DNA of 64,000 nt from the NCBI GenBank assembly GCA_030390025.1, contig JASTWF010000033.1:5086001-5150000 (forward strand), in the 5' to 3' direction. The stretch comes from Squalus acanthias (Eukaryota). Made by a program: the position numbers and the translations under genes. The notes beneath the pieces were generated by a model. It ran no database searches and had not been told where the DNA came from. It was given only the letters and a program-made list of their open reading frames with translations. Shown here one piece after another: positions 34,731-49,500 of this stretch (positions are counted from its first letter, which is position 1; each line of letters begins with the position of its first letter).

Positions 34731-37552
34731 CCTCAAACTAATACACACACTCAAATTAATACAGTATCTGAAACTAATGCAGCTCCACAAATTAATACAG
34801 TCCCTCAAACTAATAAAGTACCTCAAACTAATACAGTACCTCAAATTAATACAGCTCCTCAAACTAATACAGTGCCTCAAACTAATACAGTCCCTCAAAC
34901 TAATAAAGTACCTCAAACTAATACAGTACCTCAAACTAATACAGCTCCTCAAACTAATACAGTACCTCAAACTAATACAGTACCTCAAATTAATACAGCT
35001 CCTCAAACTAATACAGTGCCTCAAACTAATACAGTTCCTCAAACTAATACAGTACCTTGAACTAATACAGTCCCTCAAACTAATAAAGTACCTCAAACTA
35101 ATACAGTACCTCAAATTAATACAGCTCCTCAAACTAATACAGTGCCTCAAACTAATACAGTTCCTCAAACTAATACAGTACCTTGAACTAATACAGTACC
35201 TCAAACTAATACAGTACCTAAAACTAATACATCCCCTAAAACTAATACAATACCTCACGTTAATACAGCTCCTCAAACTAATACAGCACCTCAAACTAAT
35301 ACAGTTCCTCAAACTAATACAGTACCTCAAAATAATACAGTACCTCAAACTAATATAGTATCTGAAACTAATACATTCCCTCAAACTAATACAGTACCTC
35401 AAACTAAGACACCACCTCAAACTAATACAGACCCTCAAAATAATACAGACCCTCAAACTATTACAGACCCTCAAACTAATACAGTACATCAAACTAATAC
35501 AGACCTTCAAACTAATACAGCCCCTCAAACTAATACAGCAACTCAAACGAATACAGCCCCTCAACTAATACATCCCCTCAAACTAATACACCCCCTCAAA
35601 CTAATAAACCACCTTAAACTAATAAAGTACCTCAAACTAATACAGTACCTCAAACTAATAGAGTACCTCAAACTAATACAGACCCTCAAACTAATACAGA
35701 CCCTCAAACTAATAAACCACCTTAAACTAATAAAGTACCTCAAACTAATACAGTACCTCAAACTAATAGAGTACCTCAAACTAATACAGACCATCAAACT
35801 AATACAGACCCTCAAACTTATAAACCACCTTAAACTAATAAAGTACCTCAAACTAATACAGTACCTCAAACTAATACAGTCCCTCAAACTAATACAGACC
35901 CTCAAACTAATACAGTACCTCAGTCTAATACAGCCCCTCAAACTAATGCAGTACCTCAAACTTATACACCCCCTCAAACTAATACAGAACCTGAAACTAA
36001 TACAGACCTTCAAACTAATACAGCCCCTCAAACTAATACAGCCCCTCAAACTAATACATCCCCTCAAACTAATACACCCCCTCAAACTAATACAGTACCT
36101 CAGTCTAATACAGCCCCTCAAACTAATGCAGTACCTCAAACTTATACACCCCCTCAAACTAATACAGAACCTGAAACTAATACAGACCTTCAAACTAATA
36201 CAGACCCTCAAACTAATACAGCCCCTCAAACTAATACAGCCCCTCAATCTAATACAGTACCTCAGTCTAATACAGCCCCTCAAACTAATGCAGTACCTCA
36301 AACTTATACACCCCCTCAAACTAATACAGCCACTCAAACTAATACAGCCCCTCAATCTAATACAGACCCTAAAACTAATACAGTACCTCTAACTAATAGA
36401 GTACCTCAAACTAATACAGACCCTCAAACTAATACAGACCCTCAAACTAATACCGTACCTCAAACTAATACAGAACTTCAAACTAATACAGCCCCTCTAT
36501 CTAATACAGCAACTCAAACGATTACAGCCCCTCAAACTAATACAGCCCCTCAAACTAATACAGTACCTCAAACTAATACAGACCCTCAAACTAATACAGC
36601 CCCTCTATCTAATACAGCCCCTCAAACTATTACAGCCCCTCAAACTAATGCAGACCCTCAAACTAATACAACCCCTCAAACTATTACAGCCCCTCAAACT
36701 AATACAGCTCCTCAAACTATTACAGCCCCTCAAACTAATGCAGAACCTCAAACTGATACAACCCCTCAAACTAATACAGACCCTCAATCTAATACAGTAC
36801 CTCAAACTAATACAGCCCCTCAAACTAATGCAGTACCTCAAACTAATACACCCCCTCAAACGAATACACCCCCTCAAACTAATACAGACCCACAAACGAA
36901 TACAGCCCCTGATACAATTACAGCCCCTCAAACTAATACAGCCCCTCAAACTAATACAGCCCCTCAATCTAATACAGCACCTCAAACTATTACAGCCCCT
37001 CAAACTAATACAGCCCCTCAAACTAATACAGCCCCTGAAACAAATACAGCCCCTCAAACTAATACAGCACCTCAAACAATTACAGCCCCTCAAACTAATA
37101 CAGCACCTCAAAACATTACAGCCCCTCAAACTAATACAGCCCCTCAAACTAATACAGATCCTCAAACTAATACAGTACCTCAAACTAATACAGCCCCTCA
37201 ATCTAATACATCCCCTCAAACTAATACAGTAGCACAAACTAATACAGCCTCTCAATCTAATACAGTACCTCAAACTAATGCAGCCCCTCAATCTAATACA
37301 TCCCCTCAAACTAACACAGTAGCACAAACTAATACAGCCCCTCAATCTAATACAGTACCTCAAACTAATATTTTCCCTCAATGTAATACATCCCCTCAAA
37401 CTAATACAGCCTCTAAAACTAATACAGTACCTCAAACTAATACAGCCCCTCAAACTAATACAGTACCTCATACTAATACAGCACCTCAGCCTAATACAGT
37501 ACCTCAAACTAATACAGCCCCTCAATCTAATACATCCCCTCAAACTAATACA
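34731..37552. repeat. 18-bp tandem repeat array, ~157 copies
   Basis: Unit CCTCAAACTAATACAGNN (NN = TA/CC/AC/CT...); local 108-bp and 180-bp higher-order periods. Confidence 0.97.
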
Positions 37553-40500
37553 TCTTTTAATCCTTTTGTCTTTTATTCCCATTTTTTTTTCCTCTTGTCT
37601 TTTATTTCCGTGGTCTTTTATTCCCCTTGTTTTTTATTCCTTTTGTCTTTTATTAACCTTGTCTTTTATTGCTGTTGTCTTTTATTCCACTTGTCTTTTA
37701 TTCATCTTGTCTTTTATTCCTCTTGTCTTTCACTCTCATTGTCTTTTATTCCTTTTGTGTTTTATTACTCTTGTCCTTTATTCCCCTTGTCTTTTAATCC
37801 TCTTGTCTTATGATCCTCTTGTCTTGTATTCCTCTTGTCTTTTATTCCGCTTGGCTTTTATTCCTCTTGTCTTTTATTCCCCTTGTCTTTTATTCCTCTT
37901 GTCTTTTATTCCTCTTGTCTTTTATGCCTCTTGTATTTTATTCCTCTTGCCTTTTGTTCCCCTTGTTTTTTATTCCTTTTGTCTTTTATTACCCTTCGCT
38001 TTTATTCCTCTTGTCGTTTATTCATCTTGTCTTTTATTCCTCTTATCTTTTATTCCCCTTGTCTTTTATTCCACTTGTTTTTTATTCCTCTTGTCCTTTT
38101 ATCCTCCTGTCTTTTGATCCTCTTGTCTTTTATTCCTCTTGTCTTTTATTCCTTTTGTCTTTTATTCCTCTTGTCTTTTACTCCTCTTGTCTTTTATTCC
38201 GCTTGGCTTTTATTCCTCTTGTCTTTTATTCCTCTTGTCTTTTATTGCCCTTGTCTTTTAATCCTCTTGTCTTTTGATCCTCTTGTCTTTTATTCCTCTT
38301 GTCTTTTATTCCTTTTGTCTTTTATTCCTCTTGTCTTTTATTCCTCTTGTCTTTTATTCCGCTTGTCTTTTATTCCTCCTGTCTTTTATTCCTCTTGTCT
38401 ATTATTCCTATGGTATTTTATTCCACTTGTCTTTTATTCCTCTTGTCTTTTAATCCTCTTGTCTTTTATTCCTCTTGTCTTTTATTCCTCTTGCCTTTTA
38501 TTCCTCTTGTCTTTTATTCCTCTTGTCTTTTATTCCTCTTGTCTTTTATTCCTCTTGACTTTTATTCCTCCTGTCTTTTATTACTCTTGTCTATTATTCC
38601 TCTTGTCTTTTGTTCCTCTAAGTCTTTTAATCCTCTTGTCTTTAATTCCTCTTGTCTTTTATTCCTCTTGTCTTTTATTCCTCTTGTCATTTGTTCCTCT
38701 TGTCTTTTATTCCTCTTGTCTTTTACTCCTCTTGTCTTTAATTCTTCTTGTCTTTCATTCCTTTTGTCTTTTATTCCCCTTGTCTTTTATTGCACTTGTC
38801 TTTTATTCCTCAAGTCTTTTATTCCTCTTGTCTTTTATTTACTTGTCTTTTATTCCTTTTGTCTTTTATTCCACTTGTATTTTATTCCCCTTGTCATTTA
38901 TTCCCCTTGTCCTTTAATCCTCTTGTCTTTTATTCCTCTTGTCTTTTATTCCTCGTGTCTTTTATTCCTCTCGTCTTTTATTCCTCTTGTCTTTTATTCC
39001 TCTTGTCTTTTATTCCCCTTGTCTTTTATTGCTCTTGTCTTTTATTACTCTTGTCTTTTATTCCTCGTATCTTTTATTTCCCTTGTTTTTTATTCCCCAT
39101 GTCTTTTATTCGTTTTGTTTTTTATTACCCTTGTCTTTTAATCCTCTTGTTTTTATTCCTCTTGTCTTTTATTCCTCATGTCTTTTCTTCCTCTTGCCTT
39201 TATTCCTTTTCTATTTAATTCCTCTTGTCTTTTATTCCTCTTGTCTTTTATTCAATTGTCTTTATTACTTTTGTCTTTTATTCATCTTGTCTTTTATTCC
39301 TCTTGTCTTTTATTTCCCTTGTCGTTTTTCCCCATGTCTTTTATTCGTTTTGTCTTTTATTACCCTTTTCTTTTATTCCTCTTGTCTTTTATTCCTCTTT
39401 TCTTTTATTCCTCTTGTCTTTTATTCTACTTGTGTTTTTTAGCTCTTGTCTTTTAATCCCCTCGTCTTTTATTCACCTTGTCTTTTATTCCTCTAGTCTT
39501 TTATTCCTCTTGTCTTTTATTTCTCTTGTCTATTATTCCTCTTGTCATTTATTCACTTGTCTTTTATTCCTCTAGTCTTTTATTCCTCTTGTCTTTTATT
39601 CACCTTGTCTTTTATTCCTCTTGTCTTGTATTACTCTTGTCTTTTATTCCTCTTGTCTTTTATTCCTCTTGTCTTTTATTCCTCTTTTCTTTTATTCCTC
39701 TTGTCCTTTATCCCTCTTGTATTTTTTATTCCTCTTGCATTTTATTCCTCTTTTCTTTTATTCCTCTTGCATTTTATTCCTCTTTTCTTTTATTCCTCTT
39801 GTCTTTTATTCCTCTTGGCTTTTATTCCTCTTGTCTTTTATTCCTCTTGTCTTTTATTCACGTTTCATTTAGTCCTCCTGTCTTTTATTCCTCTTGTCTT
39901 TCATTCCTATTGTCTTTTATTCCTCTTGTCTTTTATTCACGTGTCTTTTATTCCTCTTGTCTTTTATTTCTCTTGTCTTTTATTCACGTGTCTTTTATTC
40001 CTCTTGTCTTTCATTCCTCTTGTCTTTCATTCCTCTTGTCTTTTATTCCTCTTGTCTTTTATTCACGTGTCTTTTATTCCTCTTGTCTTTTATTCCTCTT
40101 GTCATTTATTCACTTGTCTTTTATTCCTCTAGTCTTTTATTCCTCTTGTCTTTTATTCACCTTGTCTTTTATTCCTCTAGTCTTTTATTCCTCTTGTCTT
40201 TTATTCCTCCTGTCTTCTTTTCCTTTTGTCTTTTATTCCCCTTGTGTTTTAATCCTCTTGTCTTTTATTCCTCTTGTCTTTTATTCCGCTTGTCTTTTAT
40301 TCCTCTTGTCTTTTATTCCTCTTGTCTTTTGATCCTTTCTCTTTTATTCCCCTTGTCTTTTACTACACTTGTCTTTTATTACACTTGACTTTTATTCCTC
40401 TTGTCTTTTATTCCTGTAGCCTTTTATTCCTCTTGTCTTTTATTCCTCTTGTCTTTTATTCCTATTGACTTTTATTCACTTGTCTTTTATTCCTTTTGTC

Positions 40501-43500
40501 TTTTATTCCTCTTGTCTTGTATTACTCTTGTCTTTTATTCCTCTTGTCTTTTATTCCTTTTGTATTTTATTCCTCGTGTCCTTTATACCCCTTGTGTTTT
40601 AATCCTCTTCTCTTTTATTCCTCTTTTCTTTTATTCCTCTTGTCCTTTATCCCTCTTGTATTTTTTATTCCTCTTGCATTTTATTCCTCTTTTCTTTTAT
40701 TCCTCTTGTCTTTTATTCCTCTTGTCTTTTATTCCTCTTGTCTATTATTCCTCTTGTCTATTATTCCTCTTGGCTTTTATTCCTCTTGTCTTTTATTCAC
40801 GTGTCTTTTATTCCTCTTGTCTTTTATTCCTCTTGTCTTTTATTCCTCTTGTCTATTATTCCTCTTGGCTTTTATTCCTCTTGTCTTTTATTCACGTGTC
40901 TTTTATTCCTCTTGTCTTTTATTCCTCTTGTCTTTTATTCCTCTTGTCTTTTATTCCTCTTGGCTTTTATTCCTCTTGTCTTTTATTCCTCTTGTCTTTT
41001 ATTCACGTGTCTTTTATTCCTCCTGTCTTTTATTCCTCTTGTCATTTATTCCTCCTGTCTTTTATTCCTCTTGTCTTTCATTCCTCTTGTCTTTTATTCC
41101 TCTTGTCTTTTATTCACGTGTCTTTTATTCCTCTTGTCTTTTATTCCTCGTGGCTTTTATTCCTCTTGTCTTTTATTCCACTTGTCTTTTATTCACGTGT
41201 CTTTTATTCCTATTGTCTTTTATTCCTCTTGTCTTTTATTCCTCTTGTCTTTCATTCGTCTTGTCTTTTATTCCTTTTGTCTTTTATTCCCCTTGTCTTT
41301 TATTCCTCTTGTGTTTTATTCATCCTGTCTTTTATTGCTCTTGTCTTTTATTCACTTGACTTTTATTCCTATTGTCTTTTATTCCCCTTGTCTTTTATTC
41401 CCATTGTCTTTTATTCCTCTTGTGTTTTATTCCTCCTGTCTTTTATTGCTCTTGTCTTTTATTCACTTGACTTTTATTCCTCTTGTCGTTTATTCCTAGT
41501 ATCTTTTATTTCCCTTGTCTTTTATTCCTCTTCTCTTTTATTCGTTTTGTCTTTTATTACCCTTGTCTTTTAATCCTCTTGTTTTTATTCCTCTTGTCTT
41601 TTATTCCTCATGTCTTTTGTTCCTCTTGTCTTTTATTCCTTTTCTATTTTATTCATCTTGTCTTTTACTCCTCTTGTCTTTTATTCCTCTTGTCTTTTAT
41701 TTCCCTTGTCCTTTTTCCCCATGTCTTTTATTCGTTTTGTCTTTTATTACCCTTGTCTTTTATTCCTGTTGTCTTTTATTCCCCTTGTCTTTTATTCCCC
41801 TTGACTTTTATTGCTCTTGTCTTTTATTCCTCTTGTCTTTTATTCCTTTTGTCTTTTATTTCTCTTGTCCTTTATTCCTCTTGTCTTTTATTCCTCTTGT
41901 CTTTGATTCCTCTTGTCTTTTATTCCTCTTGTCTTTTATTCCTCTTGTCTTTTATTACACTTGACTTTTATTCCTCTTGTTTTTTATTCCTGTTGCCTTT
42001 TATTCCGCTTGTCTTTTATTCCTCTTGTCTTTTATTCCTCTTGTCTTTTATTCCGCTTGTCTTTTATTGAATTGTCTTTTATTCCTTTTGTCTTTTATTC
42101 CCCTTGTCTTTTATTCCTCTTGTCTTTTATTACTCTTGTCTTTTATTCCTCTTGTCTTTTATTCTTTTTGTCTTTTATTCCTCGTGTCTTTTATTCCTCT
42201 TGTCTTTTATTCCTCTTGCCTTTTATTCCTCTTTTATTTTATTCCTCTTGTCTTTTGTTCCGCTTTTTTATATTCCTCTTGTCTTTTATTCCCCTTGTCT
42301 TTTATTCCTCTCCTCTTTTATTCCTTTTGTCTTTTATTCATCTTGTCTTTTATTCCTCTTGTCTTTTATTCCTCTTGTCCTTTATACCCCTTGTGTTTTA
42401 ATCCTCTTGTCTTTTATTCCTCTTGTCTTTTATTCCTCTTTTCTTTTATTACTCTTGTCTTTTATCCCTCTTGTATTTTTTATTCTTCTTGCATTTTATT
42501 CCTCTTTTCTTTTATTCCTCTTGTCATTTATTCCTCTTAACTTTTATCCCTCGAGTCTTTTATTCCTCTTGTCTTTTATTCCTCTTGTCTATTATTCTTC
42601 TTGTCTTTTATTCCTCTTGTCTTTTATTCCCCTTGTCTTTTATTCCTCTTGTCTTTTATTCATCTTTTCTTTTATTCCTCTTGTCTTTTATTCTACTTGT
42701 CTTTTTTACCTCTTGTGTTTTATTCCCCTCGTCTTTTATTCACCTTGTCGTTTATTCCTCATGTCTTTTGTTCCTCTTGTCTTTTATTCCTTTTCTATTT
42801 TATTCATCTTGTCTTTTATTCCTCTTGTCTTTTATTCACTTGTCTTTTATTCCTTTTGTCTTTTATTCCTCTTGTCTTTTATTCCTGTTGTCTTTTATTC
42901 CCCTTGTCTTTTATTCCCCTTGACTTTTATTGCTCTTGTCATTTGTTCCTCTTGTCTTTTATTTCCCTTGTCCTTTTTCCCCATATCTTTTATTCGTTTT
43001 GTCTTTTATTACCCTTGTCTTTTATTCCTGTTGTCTTTTATTCCCCTTGACTTTTATTGCTCTTGTCTTTTATTCCTCTTGTCTTTTATTCACCTCTCTT
43101 TTATTCCTTTTGTCTTTTATTCCTCTTGTCTTTTATTCCTGTTGTCTTTTATTCCTCTAGTCTTTTATTCCCCTTGTCTTTTATTCCTCTTGTCTTTTAT
43201 TCCGCTTGTCTTTTATTCACTTGTCTTTTATTCCTTTTGTCTTTTATTCCCCTTGTCTTTTATTCCTCTTGTCTTGTATTACTCTTGTCTTTTATTCCTC
43301 TTATCTTTTATTCCTTTTGTCTTTTATTCCTCGTGTCTTTTATTCCTCTTGTCTTTTATTCCTCTTGTCTTTTATTCCACTTGTCTTTTATTACACTTGC
43401 CTTTTATTCCTCTTGTCTTTTATTCCACCTGTCTTTTATTCCTCTTGTCTTTTATTCCTCTTGTCTTTCTTTCCTCTTGCCTTTTATTCCCCTTTTATTT

Positions 43501-46500
43501 TATTCCTCTTGTCTTTTGTTCCGCCTTTTTTATATTCCTCTTGTCTTTTATTCCCCTTGTCTTTTATTCCTCTCCTCTTTTATTCCTCTTTGAATTTATT
43601 ACACTTGACTTTTATTCCTCTTGTCTTTTATTCCTGTCGCCTTTTATTCCTCTTGTCTTTTATTCCTCTTGTCTTTTATTCCGCTTGTCTTTTATTCACT
43701 TGTCTTTTATTCCTTTTTTCTTTTATTCCCCTTGTCTTTTATTCCTCTTGTCTTGTATTACTCTTGTCTTTTATTCCTCTTGTCTTTTATTCCTTTTGTA
43801 TTTTATTCCTCGTGTCTTTTATTCATCTTGTCTTTTATTCCTCTTGTCTTTTATTCCTCTTGTCTTTTATTCCACTTGGCTTTTATTCCTCGTGTCTTTT
43901 ATTCATCTTGTCTTTTATTCCTCTTGTCTTTTATTCCTCTTGTGTTTTAATCCTCTTGTCTTTTATTCCTCTTGTCTTTTATTCCTTTTTTCTTTTATTC
44001 CTCTTGTCTTTTATCCCTCTTGTCTTTTATTCCTCTTGTCTTTTATTCCTCTTGTCTTTTATTCCACTTGGCTTTTATTCCTCTTGTCTTTTATTCACGT
44101 GTCTTTTATTCCTCTTGTCTTTTATTCCTCTTGTCTTTTATTCCTCTTGTCTTTTATTCCTCTTGGCTTTTATTCCTCTTGTCTTTTATTCCTCTTGTCT
44201 TTTATTCACGTGTCTTTTTTTCCTCTTGTCTTTTATTTCTCTTGTCATTTATTCCTCCTGTCTTTTATTCCTCTTGTCTTTCATTCCTCTTATCTTTTAT
44301 TCCTCTTGTCTTTTATTCACGTGTCTTTTATTCCTCTTTTCTTTTATTCCTCTTGGCTTTTATTCCTCTTGTCTTTTATTCCTCTTGTCTTTTATTCACG
44401 TGTCTTTTATTCCTCTTGTCTTTTATTCCTCTTGTCTATTAATCCTCTTGTCATTTATTCCTCCTGTCTTTCATTCCTCTTGTCTTTCATTCGTCTTGTC
44501 TTTTATTCCTTTTGTCTTTTATTCCTCTTGTCTTTTATTCCTCTTGTCTTTTATTCCTCTTGTCTTTTATTGCATTTGTCTTTTATTACTCTTGTCTTTT
44601 ATTCCTTGTATCTTTTATTTCCCTTGTCTTTTGTTCCTCTTGTCTTTTATTCGTTTTGTCTTTTATTACCCTTGTCTTTTAATCCTCTTGTTTTTATTCC
44701 TCTTGTCTTTTATTCCTCATGTATTTTGTTCCTCTTGTCTTTTATTCCTTTTCTATTTTATTCATCTTGTCTTTTATTCCTCTTGTCTTTTATTTCCCTT
44801 GTCCTTTTTCCCCATGTCTTTTATTCGTCTTGTCTTTTATTACCCTTGTCTTTTATTCCTGTTGTCTTTTATTCTCGTTGTCTTTTATTCCCGTTGACTT
44901 TTATTGCTCTTGTCTTTTATTCCTCTTGTCTTTTATTCCTCTTGTCTTTTATTCCTTTTCTCTTTTATTCCTCTTGTCTTTTATTCCTCTTGTCTTTTAT
45001 TCCTCTTGTCTTTGCTTCCTTTTGTCTTTTATTCCACTTGGCTTTTATTCCTCTTGTCTTTTATTCCTCTTGTCTTTTATTCACGTGTCTTTTATTCCTC
45101 TTGTCTTTTATTCCTCTTGTCTTTTATTCCTCTTGTCTTTTATTCCTCTTGGCTTTTATTCCTCTTGTCTTTTATTCCTCTTGTCTTTTATTCACGTGTC
45201 TTTTTTTCCTCTTGTCTTTTATTTCTCTTGTCATTTATTCCTCCTGTCTTTTATTCCTCTTGTCTTTCATTCCTCTTGTCTTTTATTCCTCTTGTCTTTT
45301 ATTCACGTGTCTTTTATTCCTCTTTTCTTTTATTCCTCTTGGCTTTTATTCCTCTTGTCTTTTATTCCTCTTGTCTTTTATTCACGTGTCTTTTATTCCT
45401 CTTGTCTTTTATTCGTTTTGTCTTTTATTACCCTTGTCTTTTAATCCTCTTGTTTTTATTCCTCTTGTCTTTTATTCCTCATGTATTTTGTTCCTCTTGT
45501 CTTTTATTCCTTTTCTATTTTATTCATCTTGTCTTTTATTCCTCTTGTCTTTTATTTCCCTTGTCCTTTTTCCCCGTGTCTTTTATTCGTCTTGTCTTTT
45601 ATTCCTGTTGTCTTTTATTCTCGTTGTCTTTTATTCCCGTTGACTTTTATTGCTCTTGTCTTTTATTCCTCTTGTCTTTTATTCACCTGTCTTTTATTCC
45701 TTTTCTCTTTTATTCCTCTTGTCTTTTATTCCTCTTGTCTTTTATTCCTCTTGTCTTTGATTCCTTTTGTCTTTTATTCTTCTTGTCTTTTATTCCCCTT
45801 GTCTTTTATTCCTCTTTCCTTTTATTCCTCTTGTCTTTTATTCTACTTTTCTTTTTTACCTGTTGTCTTTTAATCCCCTCGTCTTTTATTCACCTTGTCT
45901 TTTATTCCCCTTATCTTTTATTGATCTTGTCTTTTATTCCTCTTGTCTTTTATCCCCTTGTCTTTTATTCCTCTTGTCTTTTATTCACTTGTCTTTTATT
46001 CCTCTTGTCTTTTATTCACTTGTCTTTTATTCACTTGTCTTTTATTCCTTTTGTCTTTTATTCCCTTGTCTTTTATTCCTCTTGTCTTGTATTACTCTTG
46101 TCTTTTATTCCTCTTATCTTTTATTCCTTTTGTCTTTTATTCCTCGTGTCTTTTATTCCTCTTGTCTTTTATTCCTCTTGTCTTTTATTCCACTTGTCTT
46201 TTATTACACTTGCCTTTTATTCCTCTTGTCTTTTATTCCACCTGTCTTTTATTCCTCTTGTCTTTTATTCCTCTTGTCTTTCTTTCCTCTTGCCTTTTAT
46301 TCCCCTTTTATTTTATTCCTCTTGTCTTTTGTTCCGCCTTTTTTATATTCCTCTTGTCTTTTATTCCCCTTGTCTTTTATTCCTCTCCTCTTTTATTCCT
46401 CTTTGAATTTATTACACTTGACTTTTATTCCTCTTGTCTTTTATTCCTGTCGCCTTTTATTCCTCTTGTCTTTTATTCCTCTTGTCTTTTATTCCGCTTG

Positions 46501-49500
46501 TCTTTTATTCACTTGTCTTTTATTCCTTTTTTCTTTTATTCCCCTTGTCTTTTATTCCTCTTGTCTTGTATTACTCTTGTCTTTTATTCCTCTTGTCTTT
46601 TATTCCTTTTGTATTTTATTCCTCGTGTCTTTTATTCATCTTGTCTTTTATTCCTCTTGTCTTTTATTCCTCTTGTCTTTTATTCCACTTGGCTTTTATT
46701 CCTCGTGTCTTTTATTCATCTTGTCTTTTATTCCTCTTGTCTTTTATTCCTCTTGTGTTTTAATCCTCTTGTCTTTTATTCCTCTTGTCTTTTATTCCTT
46801 TTTTCTTTTATTCCTCTTGTCTTTTATCCCTCTTGTCTTTTATTCCTCTTGTCTTTTATTCCTCTTGTCTTTTATTCCACTTGGCTTTTATTCCTCTTGT
46901 CTTTTATTCACGTGTCTTTTATTCCTCTTGTCTTTTATTCCTCTTGTCTTTTATTCCTCTTGTCTTTTATTCCTCTTGGCTTTTATTCCTCTTGTCTTTT
47001 ATTCCTCTTGTCTTTTATTCACGTGTCTTTTTTTCCTCTTGTCTTTTATTTCTCTTGTCATTTATTCCTCCTGTCTTTTATTCCTCTTGTCTTTCATTCC
47101 TCTTATCTTTTATTCCTCTTGTCTTTTATTCACGTGTCTTTTATTCCTCTTTTCTTTTATTCCTCTTGGCTTTTATTCCTCTTGTCTTTTATTCCTCTTG
47201 TCTTTTATTCACGTGTCTTTTATTCCTCTTGTCTTTTATTCCTCTTGTCTATTAATCCTCTTGTCATTTATTCCTCCTGTCTTTCATTCCTCTTGTCTTT
47301 CATTCGTCTTGTCTTTTATTCCTTTTGTCTTTTATTCCTCGTGTCTTTTATTCCTCTTGTCTTTTATTCCTCTTGTCTTTTATTCCTCTTGTCTTTTATT
47401 CCTCTTGTCTTTTATTGCATTTGTCTTTTATTACTCTTGTCTTTTATTCCTTGTATCTTTTATTTCCCTTGTCTTTTGTTCCTCTTGTCTTTTATTCGTT
47501 TTGTCTTTTATTACCCTTGTCTTTTAATCCTCTTGTTTTTATTCCTCTTGTCTTTTATTCCTCATGTATTTTGTTCCTCTTGTCTTTTATTCCTTTTCTA
47601 TTTTATTCATCTTGTCTTTTATTCCTCTTGTCTTTTATTTCCCTTGTCTTTTATTCCTGTTGTCTTTTATTCTCGTTGTCTTTTATTCCCGTTGACTTTT
47701 ATTGCTCTTGTCTTTTATTCCTCTTGTCTTTTATTCACCTGTCTTTTATTCCTTTTCTCTTTTATTCCTCTTGTCTTTTATTCCTCTTGTCTTTTATTCC
47801 TCTTGTCTTTGATTCCTTTTGTCTTTTATTCCACTTGGCTTTTATTCCTCTTGTCTTTTATTCCTCTTGTCTTTTATTCACGTGTCTTTTATTCCTCTTG
47901 TCTTTTATTCCTCTTGTCTTTTATTCCTCTTGTCTTTTATTCCTCTTGGCTTTTATTCCTCTTGTCTTTTATTCCTCTTGTCTTTTATTCACGTGTCTTT
48001 TTTTCCTCTTGTCTTTTATTTCTCTTGTCATTTATTCCTCCTGTCTTTTATTCCTCTTGTCTTTCATTCCTCTTGTCTTTTATTCCTCTTGTCTTTTATT
48101 CACGTGTCTTTTATTCCTCTTTTCTTTTATTCCTCTTGGCTTTTATTCCTCTTGTCTTTTATTCCTCTTGTCTTTTATTCACGTGTCTTTTATTCCTCTT
48201 GTCTTTTATTCGTTTTGTCTTTTATTACCCTTGTCTTTTAATCCTCTTGTTTTTATTCCTCTTGTCTTTTATTCCTCATGTATTTTGTTCCTCTTGTCTT
48301 TTATTCCTTTTCTATTTTATTCATCTTGTCTTTTATTCCTCTTGTCTTTTATTTCCCTTGTCCTTTTTCCCCATGTCTTTTATTCGTCTTGTCTTTTATT
48401 CCTGTTGTCTTTTATTCTCGTTGTCTTTTATTCCCGTTGACTTTTATTGCTCTTGTCTTTTATTCCTCTTGTCTTTTATTCACCTGTCTTTTATTCTTTT
48501 TCTCTTTTATTCCTCTTGTCTTTTATTCCTCTTGTCTTTTATTCCTCTTGTCTTTGATTCCTTTTGTCTTTTATTCTTCTTGTCTTTTATTCCCCTTGTC
48601 TTTTATTCCTCTTTCCTTTTATTCCTCTTGTCTTTTATTCTACTTTTCTTTTTTACCTCTTGTCTTTTAATCCCCTCGTCTTTTATTCACCTTGTCTTTT
48701 ATTCCCCTTATCTTTTATTGATCTTGTCTTTTATTCCTCTTGTCTTTTATCCCCTTGTCTTTTATTCCTCTTGTCTTTTATTCACTTGTCTTTTATTCCT
48801 CTTGTCTTTTATTCACTTGTCTTTTATTCCTTTTGTCTTTTATTCCTCTTGTCTTTTATCCCTCTTGTCTTTTATTTCCCTTGTATTTTTTCCTCATATC
48901 TTTTATTCGTTTTGTCTTTTATTACCCTTGTCTTTTATTCCTGTTGTCTTTTATTCCCCTTGTCTTTTATTCCCCTTGACTTTTATTGCTCTTGTCTTTT
49001 ATTCCTCTTGTCTTTTATTCACCTCTCTTTTATTCATTTTGTCTATTATTCCTCTTGTCTTTTATTCCTCTTGTCTTTTATTCCTCTTGTCTTTTTTTCC
49101 TCTCGTCTTTTATTCCCCTTGTCTTTTATTCCTCTTGTCATTTATTTCCCTTGTCTTGTTTTCCCCATGTCTTTTATTCTTTTTGTCTTTTATTCCTGTT
49201 GTCTTTTATTCCTCTTGTCTTTTATTCACTTGTCTTTTCTTCCTTTTGTCTTTTATTCCTCTTGTCTTTTATTCCTCTTGTCTTTTATTCCTCTTGTCTT
49301 TGATTCCTCTTGTCTTTTATTCCTCTTGTCTTTTATTCCCCTTGTCTTTTATTCCTCTTGTATTTTATTCCTCTTTTCTTTTATTCCTCTTGTCTTTTAT
49401 TCTACTTGTCTTTTTTACCTCTTGTCTTTTAATCCCCTCGTCTTTTATTCACCTTGTCTTTTATTCCCCTTGTCTTTTATTGATCATGTCTTTTATTCCT

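Noticed and set aside
34731..37552. CRISPR-like appearance (constant repeat plus variable bases)
   Set aside because: The variable part is only ~2 nt, there are no unique spacers or cas genes, and the context is vertebrate.
34695..37582. Cys-rich (CISLRY/G)n, (LKLIQ)n and (PQTNTV)n ORFs
   Set aside because: These are 6-aa periodic products of the 18-bp repeat; no splice or other evidence of coding.
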